The translations under genes were made by a program, and so were the position numbers. From IMG/VR virus record IMGVR_UViG_3300012890_000077, positions 1 through 52,296 of that record: 52,296 bases of DNA; one strand, given 5' to 3'. Positions 46,017-52,296 of this stretch are shown here, piece by piece (the first letter of the stretch is position 1; every line of letters begins with the position of its first letter). Origin of the DNA: a virus. Lineage: Duplodnaviria; Caudoviricetes. Under the pieces are notes generated by a model, which was not told where the DNA came from, did no database searches, and was given only the letters and a program-made list of their open reading frames with translations.

Positions 46017-46756
46017 ACACCACCCAACCGAATCCCGAATCTCTTGGATACGAACCTAACTGTTCGGACTGCGAAGGCCCGAAATGCCCTTGCCACGAAG
46101 TCATGAACCGGCGCACGGAAACCACCGAAGAAGGTCTGGTCGTGGACCTCGATACCGGTGAAGTGGTCGGCGCCGCCGTCCCTCTCGAAGTCGCCTGTTC
46201 GGGCGTCATGGACGATGGCCTGGCCGCCTGGGTCCTGAAGAAGTACGGCCGCCTTCACGCCGGGCTGAAGATCGCCGTGGACGCGGCCATAGTGGCCCAG
46301 GAGGCCCTGGACCGCATGGAACGCGAAGCCCTGGCGGCGCTGAAGTCGAACCCGGATTACGTCCAGGCCCTGGCCGTCGTGGCGAACTGCGAACGGATCG
46401 AAACCCGGACTCGCAAGGGACTGGACTGGCTAGACGGCGCCTACCTGAAGGACCTGGCGAACTTCGCCGCCTCGAAGCTGACGGGCGACGGCCGGACTTG
46501 GGCCACCCCCTGGGGCTCCGTGGCCCTGAAGCGCCAGCCCGCGAAGCTCGAAGTCGCGGACGAAGCCCAGGTCCTGAAGTACGCCAGGAGGGTCTTCCCT
46601 TCCGCCCTGAAGGTCACGGAGACGTTCCAGGTATCGAAGCTCCCGAACGCCGTGAAGCGAAACCTCCTGGAGAATCCGAAGGCGGCCGAAGACGTGGGCT
46701 TCCGCGTGGTCGAAGCCTTCGACAAACCCACAATCCAGACGGGGGTTTCCGCGTAG
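46013..46756 (+). CDS. Gam-like host-nuclease inhibitor
   Basis: A.W...K coiled coil followed by RT..TP.G.V..KRQ. Confidence 0.65.
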   Translation: MNTTQPNPESLGYEPNCSDCEGPKCPCHEVMNRRTETTEEGLVVDLDTGEVVGAAVPLEVACSGVMDDGLAAWVLKKYGRLHAGLKIAVDAAIVAQEALDRMEREALAALKSNPDYVQALAVVANCERIETRTRKGLDWLDGAYLKDLANFAASKLTGDGRTWATPWGSVALKRQPAKLEVADEAQVLKYARRVFPSALKVTETFQVSKLPNAVKRNLLENPKAAEDVGFRVVEAFDKPTIQTGVSA

Positions 46757-47044
46757 GTGGTCCCCGTGAACACGCTTCGCCCCGTCCTTCGCCGGACGGC
46801 CTCCGGTCTGGCTTCCGTCGTCGTGACGATCCTGGCCGCCCTCGTTATCGCCGCCCTGGTCGCCGGTGCGCTCGTCTGGTTCGCGTTCCGGTGGGTGGTC
46901 GCCCCCGCGTGTTTCTGGGCGCTCCTGATCGTCGTCGGCGCCCCGCTGGTCGGGTTCCACGTCGCCCTGACGCCCGCCCTGGTCGCCGCTTCCCTCGTCG
47001 TCTTCGCCTTCCGCCTTCTCCAGATGGCCCTTAGCCTGGCCTGA
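46757..47044 (+). CDS. Membrane protein
   Basis: Almost entirely hydrophobic, about 3 TM. Confidence 0.6.
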   Translation: MVPVNTLRPVLRRTASGLASVVVTILAALVIAALVAGALVWFAFRWVVAPACFWALLIVVGAPLVGFHVALTPALVAASLVVFAFRLLQMALSLA

Positions 47045-47057
47045 ACCCAAAAGAACA

Positions 47058-47498
47058 ATGAGCCTGAATCGAGTAGCCCTTATCGGTCGCCTGGTCCGCG
47101 ACCCCGAACTTCGGACCACGAACACCGGCAAGAACGTCGCTGAGTTCACCATCGCCGTGGACAAGCGGATCAAGCCCCAGGACCCCAGCCAGCCGACCGC
47201 CGACTTCTTCCGGTGCAAGGTCTGGAACCAGGGCGCCGACTACCTGAACAACTACGGCGGGAAGGGTCGCCTGGTGTCCGTGGACGGCCGCCTGGAGACG
47301 CGCAAGTACACGGACAAGGACGGGAACAATCGGGAGATTGTCGAAGTGGTCGCGGACAACGTGTCCCTTCTCGACAAGCCCCGCGACGACCAGGGCGAGT
47401 CCTCGACCCGTGGCGACCAGCCGTCCGGCCGACCCTCCGGCGGGCGCCCTGCTAGTCCACCCCAGACGGAAGAGTACGACCCCTTCGCAGACGAGTAA
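47058..47498 (+). CDS. ssb: Single-stranded DNA-binding protein
   Basis: LNRV.LIGRL.RDPELR, KG.LV.V.GRL..R and acidic DPF tail. Confidence 0.97.
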   Translation: MSLNRVALIGRLVRDPELRTTNTGKNVAEFTIAVDKRIKPQDPSQPTADFFRCKVWNQGADYLNNYGGKGRLVSVDGRLETRKYTDKDGNNREIVEVVADNVSLLDKPRDDQGESSTRGDQPSGRPSGGRPASPPQTEEYDPFADE

Positions 47499-47506
47499 GG
47501 GACCAA

Positions 47507-47530
47507 CGGGCGGCCTTCGGGCCGCCCTTC
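47507..47530 (+). terminator. Hairpin after ssb
   Basis: GGGCGGCC-TTCG-GGCCGCCC-TT. Confidence 0.6.
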
Positions 47531-47548
47531 GCATTTCAGGTACACGCG

Positions 47549-47911
47549 ATGAACACCACCACCAAAACCACCCGCTGGGCCGTCCTTCAGGCCCTCGACG
47601 CCACGCCGGTCGGCATGACCTCCCGCGCCCTGGCCGGGCTCCTGGGCGTCCCCGCGTCCACCGTCCGCGCCCGGATCACGGAACTGGTCCGGGAGGGCCT
47701 TGTGATCGACTCGGGCCAGCGCGTGACGCGCCCCAACGGGCTCCGTGCGACCGTCTGGACCACCGCCGCGCGCCGCCAGCGCCAGGAGGCCCTGAATCGC
47801 CTGGCCGCCGCCCTGGAGGCCCAGGCGAAGGCCGCGCGCCCCTGGACGTGCCGCGTGGGCTCCTGGCTCCTTCGGGTCCTGGCCCCGTTCCGGCTTCCCC
47901 ATAGAGGTTAG
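47549..47911 (+). CDS. Winged-helix DNA-binding protein
   Basis: GMT...LA..LG....TVRARITEL...GLV.DSG. Confidence 0.75.
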   Translation: MNTTTKTTRWAVLQALDATPVGMTSRALAGLLGVPASTVRARITELVREGLVIDSGQRVTRPNGLRATVWTTAARRQRQEALNRLAAALEAQAKAARPWTCRVGSWLLRVLAPFRLPHRG

Positions 47912-48018
47912 TACACGAAAATAAGGGCCACCCTTAAAGTGACCTCATTCGTCAAGAGTTCGGAGGCGCCTGAAAAAAGGTAGAACCTTGTTTACCTGTT
48001 TGCGTCTTAGATCGCAAT

Positions 48019-48050
48019 AAGGCCGGGATAATCTCGCCCGGCCCTTTTGT
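48019..48050 (+). terminator. Intrinsic terminator
   Basis: GGCCGGG...CCCGGCC-CTTTTG. Confidence 0.6.
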
Positions 48051-48349
48051 TAGAGTCTAATGAATTGGCATCGTCGCCCTTGCTCACGTTCGGAAAACAC
48101 GAAATGCTCCCCGTACTTGAAAGGGTCGCCTCTGACGACCTCCTGAACGACCCGCTCCCTCTCGACGCCGTGCCGGAAGGCCCCTCTATCCGCTTCCATT
48201 TCCAGGGACTCGAACCTGAAGTCGCGTCCGTGTCCTGCTCGGTGGGTCCTTGCGCCCTCTGCCTGTTGTGCCCCGCCTCCCGCTTGTGCCATCCTTCCGG
48301 TGTCGGGAAAGGCGAACGAAAGTTCACCTTCTGACCTGAAAAAGAGAAC

Positions 48350-49531
48350 ATGGCGAAACCGAAGACGACCCTTCGCGGACGGGGCGAAGGGACCTACTAC
48401 ATGGAAGGCGACCTGTTCGCCTGGCGCCTGAAGGTCGATGGGAAGTCCATCGTCCGAAAGGCGAAGACCCAGAAGGAACTCCGCGCGAAGGTGAAGGCCG
48501 CCCAGGCCGAACTGGACCAGCGCGGGGAAGTTCTCTCGAAGCTCGACCGCGACACGACCCTGGGCGTTTACCTGGACCGCTGGCTGGAGACGGCCGTGAA
48601 GCCGAACCGGGCGACGAAGACCTACCGCCAGTACGAACAGCTTGTCCGGCTCTACATGAAACCCGCCTTCGGGGGCCTGAAGCTCCAGGCCCTGAAGCCC
48701 ACGGACGTTCAGAAGGCCCTGAACGACCTTCGCCAGCCGGTGGTCGCCGCCGGGCCGGACGGAAAGGCGGCCACGACTCGCCGCGCCCTGGCGCCCGCCA
48801 CGATCCAGCTTGTCCGGGTCGTGCTTCGCCGCGCCCTGAACGTGGCCGTACTCCAGAAGCTGATCCTCTCGAACCCGGTGGATGCCACGGAGCGCCCGAA
48901 GGCGGCCACGCGTCGGGAACGGGCGATGGACCCCGACCAGCTTCAGGCCCTTCTGGACGCCCTGAAGGCCGACCGAAGCCGCTACGCGCCGATCCTGCTC
49001 GTTATCCTTTCGACGGGCCTTCGCATATCGGAGGCCCTGGGGCTGGAGTGGGACGACGTGGACCGCGCCGCGAAGCCGCTCCCCACCCTGGCGGTTCGCC
49101 GCCGCGTGGACTGGACGCCGGGAGGCGAATGGACGATGGCGCCCCTGAAGACGGATCGCGCCCGCCGGACGATCCCATTGAACTCGGACGCCCTCCAGGC
49201 CCTCCAGCGCGCCGTCGCCCTGAAGACGGGCGAACTGGTCTTCACGACCGAAACCGGGACGCCCATGATGGAACGCAACGTCCAGCGCGCCCTTTCCGCG
49301 ATTCTCACGAAGGCGAAGCTCCCTCACTTCAGCCTCCACGACCTTCGCCGGACATTCGGGACCACGCTGGCGAACGCGGGCGTCCCTCCCCACGTCCTTC
49401 AGTCCCTTATGGGTCACGAGAACGTCCAGACGACCTTCGGCCATTACACGACCTTCTTCGGGGCCGACGCCGCCAGCGCGGTCGGCATGATGGACGCCGC
49501 GAAACGGTCGCCGGAACCTCCCCGGAAATAG
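48350..49531 (+). CDS. int: Tyrosine integrase
   Basis: RGRGEG arm domain; TGLRISEAL, LKT, HDLRRT and MGH......HY. Confidence 0.96.
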   Translation: MAKPKTTLRGRGEGTYYMEGDLFAWRLKVDGKSIVRKAKTQKELRAKVKAAQAELDQRGEVLSKLDRDTTLGVYLDRWLETAVKPNRATKTYRQYEQLVRLYMKPAFGGLKLQALKPTDVQKALNDLRQPVVAAGPDGKAATTRRALAPATIQLVRVVLRRALNVAVLQKLILSNPVDATERPKAATRRERAMDPDQLQALLDALKADRSRYAPILLVILSTGLRISEALGLEWDDVDRAAKPLPTLAVRRRVDWTPGGEWTMAPLKTDRARRTIPLNSDALQALQRAVALKTGELVFTTETGTPMMERNVQRALSAILTKAKLPHFSLHDLRRTFGTTLANAGVPPHVLQSLMGHENVQTTFGHYTTFFGADAASAVGMMDAAKRSPEPPRK

Positions 49532-49543
49532 CCGCCGCCGGAC

Positions 49544-49573
49544 TTGATTTTTTGTATAACACTGTGATACATT
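49544..49573 (+). promoter_or_regulatory. Sigma70-type promoter overlapped by a TGTATAACA-c-TGTGATACA inverted repeat
   Basis: TTGATT-N18-TACATT-N6-GTG. Confidence 0.6.
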
Positions 49574-49579
49574 AAATGA

Positions 49580-49972
49580 GTGATCGACACCACGAACCTC
49601 TTCGACTTCGCCGCCGTTCGCCACGCATACCGCGACCTTTGCGACGTTCCGGCGGGCGACCGGACGAACGAACAGAAGGCCCTTCACCACGCGCTCGGCG
49701 TCGTGGTGGCCGACTTTAAGGCGCTGGCCGCCGTCATGGACGCGGTTAAGAAGGTCAGCGCCGGGAAGCTGGTCCCGATCGTGACCCACGAAACCTTGGA
49801 GTGGCCGACCCACCCGCGAAACACGCCCTTCGGGATGGTGGACCTATCCGGGACCCAGCTTCCGGCCTTGGTGACGGTCTACCTCGGTTCTACCGGCGTG
49901 GTCGTCCTGCAAACTAACGCGATGCTGGACGCCATGAAGGCGATGCTCCTGGGCCTGGAGGTTGCGCGATGA
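49580..49972 (+). CDS. Hypothetical protein
   Basis: Leaderless-type start; coupled to the next gene. Confidence 0.65.
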   Translation: MIDTTNLFDFAAVRHAYRDLCDVPAGDRTNEQKALHHALGVVVADFKALAAVMDAVKKVSAGKLVPIVTHETLEWPTHPRNTPFGMVDLSGTQLPALVTVYLGSTGVVVLQTNAMLDAMKAMLLGLEVAR

Positions 49973-50214
49973 AGCGCGGCCCGTCCGGCTTCTTCGTCTT
50001 CTCCACGGAGGCGCAAGCGAAGGACCACGGGCGATCCGTCGCCCAGGCGCTGGGCGTCAAGGCCCTCCCCCGATCCCGCCGGGATAGCCTAGCGGATTCG
50101 CCCGTCTTCTACGCTATCCTCGAACTCCAGGGCCGCCCTAGCGACGACCTGGCGACCCAGCTTCGCGCGTCGGGTGTCTCCCACGCGTGGGCCGCGAAGC
50201 TGGGGCTATGGTGA
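49969..50214 (+). CDS. Hypothetical protein
   Basis: ATGA coupling. Confidence 0.55.
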   Translation: MKRGPSGFFVFSTEAQAKDHGRSVAQALGVKALPRSRRDSLADSPVFYAILELQGRPSDDLATQLRASGVSHAWAAKLGLW

Positions 50215-50591
50215 CGGCCGAACCCGGCGCTACACTCTCCCTAGTGGAAGCCGTAGACGCCGCCCTCGACGTGATCCTTCGCCGCTTCCCCGATCTGGCC
50301 GGGGACGCCGCGAAGGCGAAGCGCTCCAGCCGGGAAGACCTGAAGGCGAAGAAGGCGTCTAGGATCGCCGCCCAGGCCGTCGAAACGACCCTTTTCAAAA
50401 CGATCCCCGCCGCCGACCAGCGCAAGCTGGCCCGCGTGATCGAAGCGGTGGAATCCGACTCGCGTGACGCCGTGCTTCCGCCGGTTCGCGTCCGGCCGGA
50501 CCAGCTTCGATCCCTCCAGGCCGAAGCCGACAAGAGTGGCCGTTCCCTCTCGGAACTGATCCGCCTTCGCCTGTTCGGGGAAGACCGGTAG
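50208..50591 (+). CDS. Protein with C-terminal ribbon-helix-helix (CopG/Arc-like) domain
   Basis: VRV......L...A...GRSLSELIR. Confidence 0.7.
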   Translation: MVTAEPGATLSLVEAVDAALDVILRRFPDLAGDAAKAKRSSREDLKAKKASRIAAQAVETTLFKTIPAADQRKLARVIEAVESDSRDAVLPPVRVRPDQLRSLQAEADKSGRSLSELIRLRLFGEDR

Positions 50592-50646
50592 GCCCTGGCC
50601 CCAGGATTGCGGAACCGACCGCAATCTTCTCGCCGGGGCCTTCGTT

Positions 50647-50677
50647 GTTCTGATTTCCAGAACTCCAGTGCTACAAT
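50647..50677 (+). promoter_or_regulatory. Operator plus extended -10 promoter
   Basis: GTTCTGATTTCCAGAAC followed by TGcTACAAT. Confidence 0.8.
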
Positions 50678-50731
50678 TCAGGAGTCCCAGCCGACCACCA
50701 CTAGGCCGGGACGATCCGAACGGTACACGCA

Positions 50732-51013
50732 ATGACCACCGATAGCCCCGTGCGGCCGCCCCTGAAGGCGGGCGCCCTCGAACTCGACGTACAGGCCGGA
50801 ATCGACTTCGCCGCCTACCCCGCGAAGGACGGCCTCCCGCTGGAGGAATACACCCACGTTGAAGTCCGCATCCTTCGGGACGGCCAGACGATCCTCCCTT
50901 CGGAGTGCGGATTTCCCGCCTTCGATATCCACTTCTCGGACGACAAGGTGGCCCGATGCCTTTCCGTCTTCCGCCTGGGCGGCCTGATGGATGCGATGGG
51001 GGTCCACGAATGA
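50732..51013 (+). CDS. Hypothetical protein
   Basis: GGTACACGC leader; coupled to the next gene. Confidence 0.65.
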   Translation: MTTDSPVRPPLKAGALELDVQAGIDFAAYPAKDGLPLEEYTHVEVRILRDGQTILPSECGFPAFDIHFSDDKVARCLSVFRLGGLMDAMGVHE

Positions 51014-51522
51014 TCCCGCTTCGCGAAGTCGAAGCCCTGGCCGCCCAGGTGGCGAACCGCCTTTTCACGAACCGGGCCGAACGGGAGGATTGCCGCCAGG
51101 AGTTGGTCCTGAAAGCCCTGGGGCTCCAGGACGATCCGCGCATGGACCAGGGCGCCTTCGTCAATACCGTCCTGAAGCGCGAAGGGATCGACCTCTTCGA
51201 CAAGACGGCCCGCCGGTGGCACCTTAGCACGGACGACGCGATCCCTGGGGACGAAGACGGCACAACCTACGCCGACGCCCTGAAGGACCCACGCTCCCTC
51301 GACTTCGCGCGCCGACTCGAAACCTACGACGAAGCGCGCCAAGTCCTGGACGCCATCCAGGCGCGCAATCCCCGCTACGCCCTGGCCGTCCGAATGCGCG
51401 CCGAAGGACACCAGACCACGGCCATCGGCCAGGCGCTGGGCGTGACGGCCACGCGGGGGCTGGAGATTGTGAAGACGGCCCAGGGCTGGGCGAACGCGGA
51501 AACCGGAAGGCTGGCCGCGTGA
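51010..51522 (+). CDS. Small sigma-70/ECF-like factor
   Basis: EDCRQEL.L, F...V......D (region 2-like) and EG....AI...LGV (region 4-like). Confidence 0.65.
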   Translation: MIPLREVEALAAQVANRLFTNRAEREDCRQELVLKALGLQDDPRMDQGAFVNTVLKREGIDLFDKTARRWHLSTDDAIPGDEDGTTYADALKDPRSLDFARRLETYDEARQVLDAIQARNPRYALAVRMRAEGHQTTAIGQALGVTATRGLEIVKTAQGWANAETGRLAA

Positions 51523-51725
51523 GGGACCTCCTGGCGAAGATCGCCGCCGGGGAGACGCTTCGTCCGAACGGGAAGGGCGGGTACGCGCTGGACGGCCAGG
51601 ACGTGGATCGCGGCCACGCCTTCGCCCTGGCCGCCCGCCGGTGGATCGTCTTCCGCGCGGGCGCCTTCCACGTCACGGAGGCGGGCCAGGCGATTCTCCA
51701 GGCCACGGAAAGGAAGGCCGCGTAA
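51519..51725 (+). CDS. Hypothetical protein
   Basis: GTGA coupling; VT.AG pattern. Confidence 0.55.
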   Translation: MRDLLAKIAAGETLRPNGKGGYALDGQDVDRGHAFALAARRWIVFRAGAFHVTEAGQAILQATERKAA

Positions 51726-52039
51726 TGGGGCGCCGCTCGACCCAGGAGGGCCTGGGCCTGTTCGGGGAGGCCCAGGGGGCGCTGGACTCCGTGGCGATCC
51801 TAGCCGCCCCGCTCTATCCCGTGGCCCTGATCGAAGACGCCCCTTTCCACCCCGGCCAGCCGGTCGCCGTGGACGGACTGAAGTGCCGGGTGAAGTTCGC
51901 CCGCGCGAAGGACGGGGGCGCCTGGGGTCTGACCCTCGAATACCTGGACCCGACGCCGGTAAGCGGCCCCTGGTGGGTGATAGAGGCCCGCCCCGTCGAA
52001 AGCGGATGGAAGTACGGCCCCTGGGAGGTTCGGGTATGA
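51725..52039 (+). CDS. Hypothetical protein
   Basis: TAATG coupling. Confidence 0.55.
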   Translation: MGRRSTQEGLGLFGEAQGALDSVAILAAPLYPVALIEDAPFHPGQPVAVDGLKCRVKFARAKDGGAWGLTLEYLDPTPVSGPWWVIEARPVESGWKYGPWEVRV

Positions 52040-52296
52040 CTGGGCCGATGGGCGATCCCTTCAACGTCGAAGCCCTCGAAACCTTAACGATCACGAAGGC
52101 GATGGCCCAGGGCCTGGGCCTGGGGCCGTTCTCCCCTGGGGACCTGGAGGAACGCCTGGAGGCCTTCCGCGAAGCGTGTTTCGTTCGCGGCGCCACGATG
52201 GTCGGATTTTCGCAAGACGCTATGCGTGGATGCCTTCGGGTGACGGTCGGAGGCCCCCGCCTTGTGATCGAAGGACTGAAGGCCCTGGAATCCTGA
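52036..52296 (+). CDS. Hypothetical protein
   Basis: ATGA coupling; stop at the window end. Confidence 0.55.
   Translation: MTGPMGDPFNVEALETLTITKAMAQGLGLGPFSPGDLEERLEAFREACFVRGATMVGFSQDAMRGCLRVTVGGPRLVIEGLKALES

Larger units (their letters stand above)
1..52296. mobile_element. Temperate siphovirus genome (partial; phage genes run to both window edges)
   Basis: Terminase, portal, capsid, tape measure, tail tip, endolysin, repressor, integrase and replication genes are present; no housekeeping genes. Confidence 0.97.

Noticed and set aside
47912-48349. tRNA gene or tRNA-derived att core; Cys-rich ORF 48104-48334
   Set aside because: No cloverleaf or T-loop was seen, and the ORF has no supporting signal.
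574-52196. Long Arg/Gly/Pro-rich overlapping or antisense ORFs (e.g. 15149-17350, 36878-38842, 48050-49813)
   Set aside because: Shadow frames of real genes in high-GC DNA, with no recognisable motifs.
1-52296. Diversity-generating retroelement, retron or IS element
   Set aside because: No reverse transcriptase, transposase or TR/VR repeat pair was seen.

Overview
The whole window is a high-GC temperate siphovirus genome segment with no host genes. On the minus strand, read right to left, are replication genes (YdaU/DUF1376-like initiator, DnaB, RuvC-like), two sigma-like factors, a beta-helix spike-like protein, holin-like proteins, a Myb-like/metallophosphoesterase, a DUF5664-type protein, a PEP-CTERM protein, a GH108 endolysin, a low-GC GNAT island, terS-MTase-terL, a DUF935 portal, a MuF protein fused to kinase-like and ADP-ribosyltransferase domains, a lambda E/D-type head, a frameshifted tail chaperone, the tape measure and a GTA-like tail tip. 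On the plus strand are a CI-like repressor, a Sak4-like ATPase, a Gam-like protein, SSB, a tyrosine integrase, an RHH protein and a third sigma-like factor. The PEP-CTERM tail and SSB style suggest an Armatimonadota-like host (inference). The strongest unexplained signal is a CGTAnnnG motif placed 9-13 nt upstream of about 28 late-gene start codons (31 sites in all), often directly after a terminator. This suggests gene-by-gene, near-leaderless late transcription by a phage sigma factor. Other notable signals are four 17-bp operators, a repeated bipartite 5' leader motif, a second copy of the origin-like iteron array next to terL, a pseudoknot upstream of terS and apparent CTGC/GCAG avoidance. 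All annotation comes from motif recognition by eye; no searches were run.
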